A DNA stretch of 64,000 bases from Hadesarchaea archaeon. GTDB lineage: Archaea; Hadarchaeota; Hadarchaeia; Hadarchaeales; WYZ-LMO6. The stretch spans positions 9,156 through 73,155 of the forward strand of contig JAPDJF010000001.1 in assembly GCA_029259185.1 (NCBI GenBank), in the 5' to 3' direction. Positions 1 to 9,689 of this stretch are shown piece after piece; positions within the stretch are counted from its first letter, which is position 1; each line of letters begins with the position of its first letter. The translations under genes were made by a program, and so were the position numbers. Under the pieces are notes generated by a model. It saw only the letters and a list, made by a program, of their open reading frames with translations. It did no database searches and had not been told where the DNA came from.

Positions 1-219
1 ATACGCGTGAAGATCTGCCAATAGTAAGATCGTGTGTGCACCCACCTCCTGAAAATCCAACAATTTCCAAAGAGTAATCACGTGGCCGTAGTGGATCTTA
101 CCCGAAGGTTCATAACCACAATACACGACCGGCCTTCTCGCTGTCAACACCTTGCGGAGTTCTGTCTCTGTCACCACCTCGATTGTTCCCCGCGTGACCA
201 GTTCGTACTTTTTCTGCAT
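1..219 (-). CDS. tyrS: Tyrosyl-tRNA synthetase, N-terminal part; the gene continues beyond the window start
   Basis: The reverse-strand translation from the ATG (revcomp of cat at 217-219) reads MQKKYELVTRGTIEVVTETELRKVLTARRPVVYCGYEPSGKIHYGHV...LADLHAY. This carries the class I HIGH-type motif and the archaeal TyrRS N-terminal pattern. It is not in the ORF track because it is partial. Confidence 0.65.
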   Translation of the reverse strand, partial: MQKKYELVTRGTIEVVTETELRKVLTARRPVVYCGYEPSGKIHYGHVITLWKLLDFQEVGAHTILLLADLHAY

Positions 220-258
220 CCCATTAGACTCAGACAGATTACTAAAAAAACCGAGAGT

Positions 259-597
259 TTAGCTCCTACCCCTTGATTTCCACTCCAGCACTTTTCTCTT
301 CCATCTCTCAAATTGTTGACATTTTACCTTGGTTTTGAGTTTCCCGCTCAAGTATTCCGTTAAAGCGATTACATCTTCCTTCCTTCTGACTTCCCACCTG
401 TGTAAAATACCACACTTTCTCACTTCCCCACATCCCATCAGATTATTGATCAAGTCTAACGGTTCTCTTTCCACACTCGTAACATAAAAGACGGGGTTTA
501 GATACACTCGCTCTTTCCCAGACCCACTCACGTATTTCACTTTATTCAACGTGAAACATCCTTTCGCTTCGATATATCCTAAAACCCATTCTTTCAT
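259..597 (-). CDS. Free-standing LAGLIDADG-type homing-endonuclease-like protein, 112 aa
   Basis: LGYIEAKGCF resembles the LAGLIDADG motif (LAGFIDGDGSF). A second conserved block follows, EREPLDLINNLMGCGEV ... LTEYLSGKLKTKVKCQQFERW, typical of LAGLIDADG domains. The gene sits immediately upstream of tyrS on the same strand. Confidence 0.5.
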   Translation of the reverse strand: MKEWVLGYIEAKGCFTLNKVKYVSGSGKERVYLNPVFYVTSVEREPLDLINNLMGCGEVRKCGILHRWEVRRKEDVIALTEYLSGKLKTKVKCQQFERWKRKVLEWKSRGRS

Positions 598-639
598 GTA
601 TAATTATAACAAAAATCTCTTCCTTTTTATAAATTTTTG

Positions 640-660
640 TTCCAGTGGAAATAAGGGGGG
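640..660. promoter_or_regulatory. ORB-like dyad TTCCAGTGGAAAT followed by a G-string (AAGGGGGG). Candidate origin-recognition box or transcription-factor site in the divergent promoter region
   Basis: The sequence gTTCCAGTGGAAATAAGGGGGGccc matches the archaeal ORB architecture, a TCCAGTGGAAA dyad plus a G-rich tract. The AT-rich palindromic TATA-like element tttttataaattttt lies directly upstream at 621-637. Confidence 0.35.
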
Positions 661-725
661 CCCGGATATTCGTTTGTAAAACTTTTATTAATGGAATCCC
701 GTAGAAACAATCTTGAGAAGAGCCC

Positions 726-1223
726 ATGTTTGAGGACGAGTTCTTTAAGAGGATTCGAAAAGTAATCGAGGAAAGGATAGAAAGGGAAGAGCGAGGCAGG
801 AAGGAAGAATTCTGGGGCAAGTTGGGCCTCCGGGGAATCTCCATTGAAATAAGAAATGGGGAGGGGGAAGAACCCCAAGTGAAGATTAGGAGGATAAGGG
901 AGCGACCGAGGAGCTATCGTGAGAGTATCAGAACAAAAAATATAGGGACGGAGAAAAGAATAACTAAGATGCTCGATTCGAGTTGCGTGAGAATCGAGAA
1001 ACCTCGAGAGATCCTTTTCAGCATGCATATCCCTGGAGCAACTGGCGAGAGAATTGAGATCAGGAGATACGGAAACGCGCTGGAGGTGCTCGCTAGGAAA
1101 GATGATGGAAAGGCGTATTTTTCCACTTTTGAATTACCCTCCGATGCAGTTCCCGAGGAACGCGTGGTGAGGGTGAAGGGGGACATCCTTACTATAATAG
1201 TACCGAGACGAAGGAAGCAATAG
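726..1223 (+). CDS. Hsp20/alpha-crystallin family small heat-shock protein
   Basis: The C-terminal region ERIEIRRYGNALEVLARKDDGKAYFSTFELPSDAVPEERVVRVKGDILTIIVPRRRK has the alpha-crystallin-domain pattern. A paralog lies at 43915-44523. Confidence 0.55.
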   Translation: MFEDEFFKRIRKVIEERIEREERGRKEEFWGKLGLRGISIEIRNGEGEEPQVKIRRIRERPRSYRESIRTKNIGTEKRITKMLDSSCVRIEKPREILFSMHIPGATGERIEIRRYGNALEVLARKDDGKAYFSTFELPSDAVPEERVVRVKGDILTIIVPRRRKQ

Positions 1224-1235
1224 GGAAATCCAGAG

Positions 1236-1751
1236 GTGGGCGCAATTCAAGTCAGGCTGGAGATGGAGCTAGAGGATATACCCGGACAACTCGTTCGGGC
1301 ACTTGAGCCCATATCGAGGTTTGGAGGAAATATAAAGAGCGTGGTTCATCGAAGGGAGAGAAAAACTCAGCTAGGAATGGTCCCGGTGACCGTGGTTTTG
1401 GAGGTGGGAGAAAAAGAGAGATTCAACAGGATCCTTTCAGAACTCAAATCCATGGGCGTGAGGATAACCCATGTAGGGGAAAGGGAGGAAATGAAGAAGA
1501 GGGTAGTCCTGATATCTGGTCCTCTAACGATTGAAGAACTGGATGAGATCACGAAGAGGGTTGGGGAACTGAAAGGCACAAAGATCTCGGACGTGAGCTT
1601 GGCGATGGAAAGCGTAGGGGGTGGAATGGCAGCGCGCTTGACGATCAGCGGAAGGAGCGATCGATCCTTGGATAGTGCTTTCTCCCTGATCGAGTCGATT
1701 GCGGAAAAAAAGAGATTCCTTTTGATGAAGTCGGTGGAGGAAGGTGGTTGA
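1236..1751 (+). CDS. ACT-domain regulatory protein upstream of homoserine dehydrogenase
   Basis: It is 171 aa and overlaps the hom start by 4 nt, which suggests coupling. Composition and length fit the archaeal ACT-domain partner of Hom. The assignment rests on context. Confidence 0.5.
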   Translation: MGAIQVRLEMELEDIPGQLVRALEPISRFGGNIKSVVHRRERKTQLGMVPVTVVLEVGEKERFNRILSELKSMGVRITHVGEREEMKKRVVLISGPLTIEELDEITKRVGELKGTKISDVSLAMESVGGGMAARLTISGRSDRSLDSAFSLIESIAEKKRFLLMKSVEEGG

Positions 1752-2752
1752 AGCTCATATTGGTTGGATTCGGAAATGTGGGGAGAGGTCTCGTTCGAGC
1801 GCTCGTGCAGAAAAGGAATTTTTTTTTGAAGGAGCATGGGATGTCATGTGAAATCGTTGCGGTGGTGGACGGACACGGGGCGGTGGTGGATGAGAATGGA
1901 CTGAGCTTCAGACGGCTCCTCAGGATGGTGGAGGAAGGAAATCTGATCGGAAGTGAAAGAAAACTTGGGGTTGAGATCATCCGAGAGGTGGATGCCGATG
2001 TCGTTTTCGAGCTCACACCCACCAACATCAAAACAGGAGAACCAGGGTTGACGCATATCAAGACAGCAATGCGTACGGGAAAGAGCGTGATAACTTCCAA
2101 TAAAGGCCCATTGGTGGTCGCATTCAGGGAGCTTGAAGAGTTAGCCAAGAAGAGAGGGGTAGAGTTCAGGTATTCTGCTTCGGTGGGTGGAGCCGTGCCC
2201 GTGATAGGATTGGCCAAGAGGATCTTGATGGGGAACGAGGTTCTGGCGATCAGGGGGGTATTGAACGGGACGACGAACTACATCCTCACCCGAATGGCCC
2301 AGGAGGACGCACCCTTCGACATCGTTTTGAAGGAGGCTCAAGAGCTAGGAATAGCAGAAAAGGATCCGAGCCTAGACATCCAAGGAATAGACACAGCTTG
2401 TAAGATAACGATTCTGGCCAATTCGGTCCTAGGAATCGACGCGAAACTCGGAGAGGTGAAGACGAAGGGGATCTCCGGAGTTACCCCGGAGGCAATCAGG
2501 CTCGCCCGAGAGGCAGGATTCACCGTTAAGCTGGTCGGGATTGCGAGTAAGAGGACATTGGAAGTAGGGCCCAAGCTCGTTCCGATTCACCACCCGCTGG
2601 CTGTGAGCGGGACTTTAAATGCCGTGACCTTCGAAGTCGACTTGGCTAGGGAGATCACCATCAGCGGATTTGGTGCTGGGCCGAGGGAGACTTCAAGTTC
2701 TCTACTCGGTGATTTAGTGGATGTATACCAGGCGATCAGTCAGAGGGGTTGA
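1748..2752 (+). CDS. hom: Homoserine dehydrogenase
   Basis: N-terminal Rossmann motif LILVGFGNVGRGL is present, and the body pattern ...SNKGPLV...GTTNYIL... is typical of Hom. The start is a non-ATG (TTG) codon. Confidence 0.85.
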   Translation: MKLILVGFGNVGRGLVRALVQKRNFFLKEHGMSCEIVAVVDGHGAVVDENGLSFRRLLRMVEEGNLIGSERKLGVEIIREVDADVVFELTPTNIKTGEPGLTHIKTAMRTGKSVITSNKGPLVVAFRELEELAKKRGVEFRYSASVGGAVPVIGLAKRILMGNEVLAIRGVLNGTTNYILTRMAQEDAPFDIVLKEAQELGIAEKDPSLDIQGIDTACKITILANSVLGIDAKLGEVKTKGISGVTPEAIRLAREAGFTVKLVGIASKRTLEVGPKLVPIHHPLAVSGTLNAVTFEVDLAREITISGFGAGPRETSSSLLGDLVDVYQAISQRG

Positions 2753-2950
2753 CCGGTCTAGAGAACTTCGTGATTGGCGTGTGGATGGGTAGGGTTGGGG
2801 ATAGGATTTTCCGCGATCACCGGAAAGCTCGTTTCGGAGATAGTGTTGGATGGAAAGCCGTCCATACCGATAGACGAATTCGGTTACCCTAGACCCATCG
2901 GATAGCGTTCTCTCTCTCATCACGCATAGGCTATTAATCGGTTAAACGTA

Positions 2951-4183
2951 GTGGAATGGATGAGGTCGTGGTTCGAGTATGAGTGTATAGATTGCGGTAA
3001 GAGACAGCCTCCTGAGAAGAGATTTTATGTCTGTCCTGAGTGTGGAGGATTGTTGGAGATAGAGCTAGACCTCCAGTATATCTCAGAGCGTTTGGATCGG
3101 GAGGCGCTTGAGAGGAAACCCCTGAACGTGTGGAGGTATCGACAGTTTTTGCCGATCGTGGATGAGTCCAAGATAGTCACTCTCCAAGAAGGAGGGACAC
3201 CACTGTACAGGTGTAGACGATTAGAGGAGAAGCTCGGGATAGCAGAGTTCTACGTGAAGTACGAGGGAGCTAATCCTACCGGATCCTTCAAAGACAGGGG
3301 GATGACGGTAGGGGTCACAAAGGCCCTCGAGTTTGGGGTGAAGACAGTGGCTTGTGCATCCACCGGCAACACCTCAGCCTCACTCGCGGCTTATGCGGCC
3401 AAAGCTGGGCTGAAGTGTTTAGTGATCCTCCCTAGCGGAAAAGTAGCCCTGGGGAAACTGGCACAGGCGGCGATTCACGGGGCACGCATAGTAGCCGTTA
3501 AGGGAAACTTCGATCGGGCACTTTCACTCGTCCGGCAGATATGTGAGAAGCGTGGGGACATATATCTACTAAACTCCCTCAATCCCTTCAGGCCGCAGGG
3601 ACAGAAGACGATAGGGTTCGAAATAGCCGATCAACTCGGGTGGGGCGTTCCGGATCGATTAGTGGTCCCGATGGGGAACTGCGCTAACATATGGGCGATA
3701 TACAAGGGATTCTTTGAGTTAAAAGAGGTGGGCATGATAGAAAACATACCGAGGATGGTGGGGATCCAAGCTGAAGGGGCTAAACCCATAGTCGATGCGG
3801 TGAGGAAGGGGATTGATAAATTCATTCCAGTTGAGAACCCGGAGACGATAGCAACGGCTATCCGTATAGGCAATCCGGTGAACGGTTCGAAGGCGATCCG
3901 GGCCATAAAGCGCTCGGGCGGTACGGCTGAGAGCGTAACGGATGAGGAGATAATAGAAGCCCAGCGTGAACTAGCTAGGTCAGAGGGAATAGGTGTCGAA
4001 CCCGCCAGCGCGGCAGCGATAGCAGGGATTAAAAAGCTCATAGAGAGAGGGGAAGTGGACAGAGATGAGAAGGTAGTTTGTGTGGCCACGGGTAACGTGC
4101 TCAAGGATCCGGAAGAAGCAGTGCGGGTATCTGAGAGCCCCTTGGAAACGGAGCCGGAGGAGGTATTGAAGGTGGTAGGATGA
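2951..4183 (+). CDS. thrC: Threonine synthase, archaeal type with an N-terminal zinc ribbon
   Basis: N-terminal CxxC...CxxC ribbon (CIDCGK...CPECGG). PLP-lysine motif GSFKDRGMTV. Length 410 aa. Confidence 0.9.
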   Translation: MEWMRSWFEYECIDCGKRQPPEKRFYVCPECGGLLEIELDLQYISERLDREALERKPLNVWRYRQFLPIVDESKIVTLQEGGTPLYRCRRLEEKLGIAEFYVKYEGANPTGSFKDRGMTVGVTKALEFGVKTVACASTGNTSASLAAYAAKAGLKCLVILPSGKVALGKLAQAAIHGARIVAVKGNFDRALSLVRQICEKRGDIYLLNSLNPFRPQGQKTIGFEIADQLGWGVPDRLVVPMGNCANIWAIYKGFFELKEVGMIENIPRMVGIQAEGAKPIVDAVRKGIDKFIPVENPETIATAIRIGNPVNGSKAIRAIKRSGGTAESVTDEEIIEAQRELARSEGIGVEPASAAAIAGIKKLIERGEVDRDEKVVCVATGNVLKDPEEAVRVSESPLETEPEEVLKVVG

Positions 4184-5508
4184 GACTGATGCATCCGAGC
4201 GAAATCCTTAATCGAACATTTGAACTCCTCAGGAAACATCACGAGTGGATGAAGGGGACTGTAAATCTGATAGCTAGTGAGAATGTAACGAGCGTTGCCG
4301 TTAGGGAAGCGTTGATAAGTGATTTCCAGCATCGATACGCCGAGGGCTGGCCGGGGGAAAGAGTTTACGCGGGTTGTAAGTACATCGACCAGATAGAGCT
4401 CATGAGCATAGACTTAGCCAAGCAGCTCTTTAAGGCGGAGCATGCCAACGTTCAGCCGACCTCAGGAGTGGCGGCAAACTTGGCAATGTTCACCGCACTC
4501 ACTGAGCCAGGGGACACGATGATGTGTCTCTCCATCCCATCGGGGGGGCACATAAGCATGGGAAAGAAAAAGCTTGGAGGGACAGCAGGGGCAGTTCATG
4601 GCTTGCAGGTGGAGAACTGGCCCTTCGATGAAGGGCGCATGAACATCGATGTGGATGCAGCGATAAAGAAAGTGAGAGAGGTGAGACCGAAACTCTTACT
4701 CTTCGGTGGGAGCGTGTTCTTGTTCCCCCATCCTGTGAAAGAGTTCGCAGAAATCGCAAACGAGGTGGGAGCACACATCGCGTATGATGCCGCTCATGTG
4801 GCGGGCCTGATAGCTGGGGGACAGTTCCAAGATCCACTCAGGGAGGGGGCGGACGTGATGACTTGTAGTACCCATAAAACCCTGCCCGGACCCCAACACG
4901 GGATGATCCTTTGCAAGCAGGAGCTTGCAGAGAGGATAAACAAAGCGGTTTTCCCAGGTGTGGTGAGCAACCATCATCTCCACTGTGTTGCTGCGTTGAA
5001 CGTAGCGCTGGCGGAGATGTTAGAGTTTGGGAAGGAGTATGCCATCCAGATAATCAAGAATGCGAGAGCACTCGCTAAAGAGCTCTATGAAAGAGGATTC
5101 AGTGTGCTGTGTCCGGATCAAGGGTTCACTTCTTCTCACACGATTCTCATAGACGTGACGAAATACGGTGGGGGAGGGATCATTGAGAAGAGGCTAGAGG
5201 AGGCTAATATAATCATAAACCGCAACTTGCTCCCCTGGGATCTACGAGAGGGCAGACACTACGTGAATCCAGGTGGTATAAGACTGGGAGTCTCAGAGGT
5301 CACCAGGCTTGGTATGAGAGAAGGAGAAATGAAGGAAGTGGCAGACTTCATCACAAGAGTGGTAGTGGATGGGATCTCACCTACTCGAGTTGCGGTGGAA
5401 GTTCAGGAGTTCAAGAAGAGGTTCACCAAGCTTCACTATGCGTTCGACTCCATGGATGAGGCATACGAATACATAAGGATACGAGGGAATCCCCCCTCAT
5501 CCGGATAA
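4180..5508 (+). CDS. glyA: Serine hydroxymethyltransferase
   Basis: Motifs NLIASEN and THKTLPGPQHG (PLP-lysine region) are present. Length 442 aa. It overlaps the thrC stop by 4 nt. Confidence 0.9.
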   Translation: MRLMHPSEILNRTFELLRKHHEWMKGTVNLIASENVTSVAVREALISDFQHRYAEGWPGERVYAGCKYIDQIELMSIDLAKQLFKAEHANVQPTSGVAANLAMFTALTEPGDTMMCLSIPSGGHISMGKKKLGGTAGAVHGLQVENWPFDEGRMNIDVDAAIKKVREVRPKLLLFGGSVFLFPHPVKEFAEIANEVGAHIAYDAAHVAGLIAGGQFQDPLREGADVMTCSTHKTLPGPQHGMILCKQELAERINKAVFPGVVSNHHLHCVAALNVALAEMLEFGKEYAIQIIKNARALAKELYERGFSVLCPDQGFTSSHTILIDVTKYGGGGIIEKRLEEANIIINRNLLPWDLREGRHYVNPGGIRLGVSEVTRLGMREGEMKEVADFITRVVVDGISPTRVAVEVQEFKKRFTKLHYAFDSMDEAYEYIRIRGNPPSSG

Positions 5509-5805
5509 CTTTCAACGATCTCTCTGAGAGGTGCTTTTTTCTGGAGTGATGGCCGTGTAGGTTAGAGATGGCACGCTTGTCTCTTCTCGGGAGAAGAAAA
5601 ATAACACAACATATTCTTAGGGGAGTGCAAAAAATTTGCTTCTTTTTAAACCATGTGAACCAATGGACACCGATTTGGCTAAATAGCTCCCACTTCCTCC
5701 AAGGGAACCGGAGGTCAAGGGGGGTAATTTCTGGAGGAGATAGGTCTCTCCGTCGATGAGGAAATAAAGGAGAAGCTTACAGGATTTTTCCAGAGCAAGC
5801 GGATT

Positions 5806-8800
5806 TTGAAGGAGGTATATGCAGCTTCGTCAGCGGGGCGGGATTCGCTCGTGATAGATTTCGACAATTTGGTTGAGCACGACATTACACTAGCAAAATA
5901 CTTGTTGGAGAGCCCCCATCCCTTTTTCAAAATAGCCAACGGGCTGCTTGTTGAACTGACTGGAAACCCGAAAATACAACTCCGGGTTAGGGGGGCGGGG
6001 GGCCTCACCAGGATAAGGGAGCTCAGGGCCACCCATGTCGGAAAGTTTGTCCAAGTGGAGGGGATCCTCACCCGTGCGAGCGAGATAAAGCCGGAGATAA
6101 GGGAGGCCCTCTTCAGGTGTCTCCATTGCGGGGAGCTTAATCCGGTGCCCCAGAGCGACGAGGTGTTCAGAGAGCCGTTGAGTTGTCAGAATCCAAATTG
6201 TAGACGACGAGGCCCCTTCAAACTGGAAGTGGAGCAATCGGAGTTCAGGGACTGGCAGAGCCTCCGTGTTCAAGAGAGACATGAGGAGCTCAGGGGGGGA
6301 CGCATGCCGATGATGCTCGATTGCATAGTCAGGGACGACTTGGTGGATGTAGCAGTTCCTGGAAATCACGTGATCCTGAGTGGCGTGTTGGAGGTATTCC
6401 AGGAGAGTTTCAAGCAGAGACGAAAGACTTTCCGCAAGATCCTCTATGTTTCCTACCTAGAGGTAATTCAGAAGGGCGTCGAAGAAACGGAGCTGAGTGA
6501 GGAAGACGAGAAGCAGATAGAGGAGATGGTAAAGGACCCTTGGCTCTACAATAGGGTGATTCAGTCCATAGCTCCGAGCGTCCACGGGTATGAAGCCGTC
6601 AAGGAAGGAATAGCTCTCATGCTTTTCGGATGTGATCCTTTGGCCCTCCCAGATGGTACGCGCGTGAGGGGAGATACCCACATCCTGCTAACAGGTGATC
6701 CGGGGGTGGCGAAGAGCATGCTCCTGACATGGGTGGCGGGGGTAGCGCCACGCGGGCTCTACACGTCTGGGAAGAAGGCGACGGGGGCAGGGCTTACAGC
6801 CACAGCCGTTAGAGATGAACTCGGCGGGGGATGGACACTCGAAGCTGGAGCTCTCGTGATAGCCGATGGGGGGGTTGCTTGCTTGCATCCCTCAACTCAC
6901 ATAATTTACAATGGGAGGATCGTTCGGATAAGTGAACTCGCTGATGGAGTGAACTTCGAGAAAGCTTGGTCTGGGGGGGAAGAGGTTGAAGTTGGAGCCA
7001 TCGATGGCGAGGTTCCTTCCCTAAACTTGAGAACTTTAAAGGTTGAATACACGCCGGCCGTCCTGATCCGGCGGAAACGTTACTGTGGAGAGATGGTGAG
7101 AATGAGGTTCAGATCAGGGTTTGAGATAAGTGTCACTCCAGACCACCTCTTGTTGGACGGAGATACGTTCGGGTGGAAGGAGGCATCGGATTTTAGAGAG
7201 CTGGATCGAGTGGTAGCACCGTCTCACATTCCGAGCTACAGGGGAGAGGTTTTCCTGTGGGATATCCTACCCGAGGACTGCTTGGTCTACCTAACCCCAA
7301 AGGAGAAAAATGAATTGGAACGGCTGTTGAAGCAGAGATTCAGAACGTTGGCTACTGCCAGTAAAGTGCTTAGTATCCCGTGTTTGCCTGCATTTTTCCA
7401 TGGGGGGGTACATCCCCTCCTTGGGGAACTCAGAGCGATGGTAAGGGCGGTGGGCGTTGAGTGGGAGTGGAGAGTCAAGCCTCACCGGTACTTCGGGTCG
7501 GAAACAAAAATCGCAAGGTTGACATGGGAGCTAGGGTACCTTCTAGGATTCATCTTCGGAAGCGACACGGTGGAGAGTGAACCCGAGGCAGATGTCCCTC
7601 CGAGTCGATCGGTCAAGTCGCGAGCGTGCATTGAGAGATTCAGAGACTGCTGGAACAGGGTTTTCCCAGAGTTTTCGTACGGGGAATTGGGGAGACGATT
7701 CCATCCGAGGAGTGGGAATAACCGTGAGTTAAGGATGCTGGCTTGGCTCTACAATTTCTCCTTCGGAAACGATTTGAAGAATCTCCCATCTCTATCACCA
7801 GAATTCATAGCGGGAGTTTTTGCTGGCCTGACGGATTCACATGAAGGTAATCTAGGGTGTGGGGGGGAGGGGGAAAAACTCGTCCGTAACGTGTCCGAGG
7901 GGATCAACCGATTGGACTTGAATTTTTTGCTCGCCCTTCGGATGATCGACCGGTACGGAATCTGTGGGGGGTGTGTGAATAATGTTGTACCTTCTGGAAA
8001 GCGCGATTGTCAGGGGTTCGAACAGGTCGGCTGTTTGGTGGAGGTGTCCACCGAGGTCGGGAGGAGAGGTGGTTCAGAGTTCAGCGTACGAGAAAGAGAG
8101 CGCGGAACTTTCCCTACAGGGGAAGGAAAAGATTGGTTCAGTCCTCGAGATTCGATCCGCTTCGATTGTTTCTTAGATCAGTTAGTCAAAGTGGAACGGG
8201 AGAAGTATGAAGGGTACGTGTACGATATCTACGTGCCCCATTCACATAATTTCATCGCGGAGGGGGTGTTCGTCCACAATTGTATAGATGAGTTCGACAA
8301 GATGAGCGAAGAGGATAGGAGCGCAATACTCGAAGCACTTGAGCAACAAACGATAAGTGTGGCGAAAGCAGGGATAGTCGCAACGCTTAATGCACGCACC
8401 TCGGTGCTTGCAGCCTCCAACCCGAAGGCTGGAAGGCTCGATCGGAGCAGGAACTTAAACGAACAGATAGCACTGGACCCCGTGCTCCTTTCGAGGTTTG
8501 ATCTCATTTTCGTAATGAGGGATGAACCTAGAGGGGATGTGGATAAGAGGATCGCTAGACACATGTTGGAGCTCCATAGAAAGCCAGAGATCGCGAAGCC
8601 CCCGATCGATGCTGAAACCCTACGTAAACTCATAATTTACGCGAGGAAGTACATCCATCCAAAACTAACCAGCGAGCGCGTGATAAAGCGCATAGAAGAT
8701 TTCTACGTGAGGAACAGGAGTGTGGCCGAGAGGGGTGAAGCACCGATCCCCATAACCCCGAGGCAACTGGAGTCCCTGATAAGACTAGCCAAGGCGAGCG

Positions 8801-9156
8801 CCCGGATGCACTTCAGAGAAGAGGTGACAGAGGAAGATGCGACGCGGGCAATAGAGCTGATCAACCGATACCTTAGGGAAGCGGGATTCGATGCGTCTAC
8901 GGGCAAAATAGATGTGGACATAATACTCACGGGTAAGAGCAAGTCTCAGCGAGATAAGATCCAACGAGTCATGGATATCATAGCTAAGCTTGAAACTACC
9001 CACGGTGGAGCGGCACCCTTGGAAGAGATCAAGAGGGTAGCCGAGGAGGATGGGATAGAACCCAACTTCGTCCAACGGGTGATAGAGGAGGAGATGCGCA
9101 ACGGCTTCTTATACGAGCCCAAACCGGGGCACGTGACTAGGGTGATAAAGGGATGA
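5806..9156 (+). CDS. mcm: MCM replicative helicase containing one intein. The true start may lie about 75 nt upstream at a non-ATG codon
   Basis: Walker A ILLTGDPGVAKS is present. The extein junction GALVIADGGVA|C...HN|CIDEFDKM shows the intein inserted before the conserved CIDEFDKM. In-frame upstream sequence FLEEIGLSVDEEIKEKLTGFF also looks like MCM N-terminus. Confidence 0.9.
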   Translation: MKEVYAASSAGRDSLVIDFDNLVEHDITLAKYLLESPHPFFKIANGLLVELTGNPKIQLRVRGAGGLTRIRELRATHVGKFVQVEGILTRASEIKPEIREALFRCLHCGELNPVPQSDEVFREPLSCQNPNCRRRGPFKLEVEQSEFRDWQSLRVQERHEELRGGRMPMMLDCIVRDDLVDVAVPGNHVILSGVLEVFQESFKQRRKTFRKILYVSYLEVIQKGVEETELSEEDEKQIEEMVKDPWLYNRVIQSIAPSVHGYEAVKEGIALMLFGCDPLALPDGTRVRGDTHILLTGDPGVAKSMLLTWVAGVAPRGLYTSGKKATGAGLTATAVRDELGGGWTLEAGALVIADGGVACLHPSTHIIYNGRIVRISELADGVNFEKAWSGGEEVEVGAIDGEVPSLNLRTLKVEYTPAVLIRRKRYCGEMVRMRFRSGFEISVTPDHLLLDGDTFGWKEASDFRELDRVVAPSHIPSYRGEVFLWDILPEDCLVYLTPKEKNELERLLKQRFRTLATASKVLSIPCLPAFFHGGVHPLLGELRAMVRAVGVEWEWRVKPHRYFGSETKIARLTWELGYLLGFIFGSDTVESEPEADVPPSRSVKSRACIERFRDCWNRVFPEFSYGELGRRFHPRSGNNRELRMLAWLYNFSFGNDLKNLPSLSPEFIAGVFAGLTDSHEGNLGCGGEGEKLVRNVSEGINRLDLNFLLALRMIDRYGICGGCVNNVVPSGKRDCQGFEQVGCLVEVSTEVGRRGGSEFSVRERERGTFPTGEGKDWFSPRDSIRFDCFLDQLVKVEREKYEGYVYDIYVPHSHNFIAEGVFVHNCIDEFDKMSEEDRSAILEALEQQTISVAKAGIVATLNARTSVLAASNPKAGRLDRSRNLNEQIALDPVLLSRFDLIFVMRDEPRGDVDKRIARHMLELHRKPEIAKPPIDAETLRKLIIYARKYIHPKLTSERVIKRIEDFYVRNRSVAERGEAPIPITPRQLESLIRLAKASARMHFREEVTEEDATRAIELINRYLREAGFDASTGKIDVDIILTGKSKSQRDKIQRVMDIIAKLETTHGGAAPLEEIKRVAEEDGIEPNFVQRVIEEEMRNGFLYEPKPGHVTRVIKG
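6880..8280 (+). mobile_element. Intein inside MCM, 467 aa, with a LAGLIDADG homing-endonuclease domain
   Basis: It starts with Cys (CLHPSTH) and ends with HN followed by the extein Cys (VHN|CIDEF). Two LAGLIDADG-like blocks are present, LGYLLGFIFGSD and FIAGVFAGLTDSHEG. Removing 1401 nt restores a contiguous MCM. Confidence 0.85.
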
Positions 9157-9689
9157 AGATCAGGGCCATCGTTCGAAAGGGGGTCGGTGAAGTGGAGATC
9201 GCGGGGAGGAAGTTGGGCCCGTTCAGGGAGGGGGAAGAGGTAGAGCTGGAGCACTGGGAGTTAAGAGTCTTGAGGAGACATGGGATGGCTGAACCTGCTC
9301 AAAGGATGGGCATTGCCGAGTTGCGGAAGGTGTTAATCTCGGAGGGAAAGCAAGCGGAGCTCTCCGTTTTGCCAGAGTGGTTTTATCACTCGGTTGCTGG
9401 AGAAATAGAGAGTCTCCGGAGGGAGGGAAAAAACGAAAAAGCCAATGAACTTCGGGCGGCGCTGGAGAGTTTCATAGAGATGCGGTTACACAAACTCGTG
9501 AAACTCGCACTCTCTCCCTCGGAGGCCAAGGGGGCACTCCCTGAAGAACGGATGCTTTTGTCTCGTCTATCCTCTTGTGTGGAGGAATGGATCGAATGGT
9601 TGAATGAGCGTTTCGAGAGAAAGGAGGTGGGGGGAATTGGAGCACGAGGGAATATTCCGAATGTGGTTGGAGAGAAAACCGATATTTAA
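9153..9689 (+). CDS. Hypothetical protein between mcm and cdc6, possibly GINS subunit Gins23
   Basis: It is 178 aa. The segment GEEVELEHWELRVLRRHGMAEP resembles the GINS B-domain pattern (v.lP.W.A..L...G.AE). Its position between MCM and Cdc6 fits this. The call is a context and pattern inference only. Confidence 0.35.
   Translation: MKIRAIVRKGVGEVEIAGRKLGPFREGEEVELEHWELRVLRRHGMAEPAQRMGIAELRKVLISEGKQAELSVLPEWFYHSVAGEIESLRREGKNEKANELRAALESFIEMRLHKLVKLALSPSEAKGALPEERMLLSRLSSCVEEWIEWLNERFERKEVGGIGARGNIPNVVGEKTDI

Noticed and set aside
34-276. 80-aa plus-strand ORF at the window start
   Set aside because: The opposite strand encodes a convincing TyrRS N-terminus with the HIGH-type motif, so the plus-strand ORF is antisense noise.
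8007-8210. Short plus-strand ORFs (64 and 67 aa) in other frames within the MCM intein
   Set aside because: They are contained in the continuous intein/MCM reading frame. Arg/Gly-rich spurious translations.
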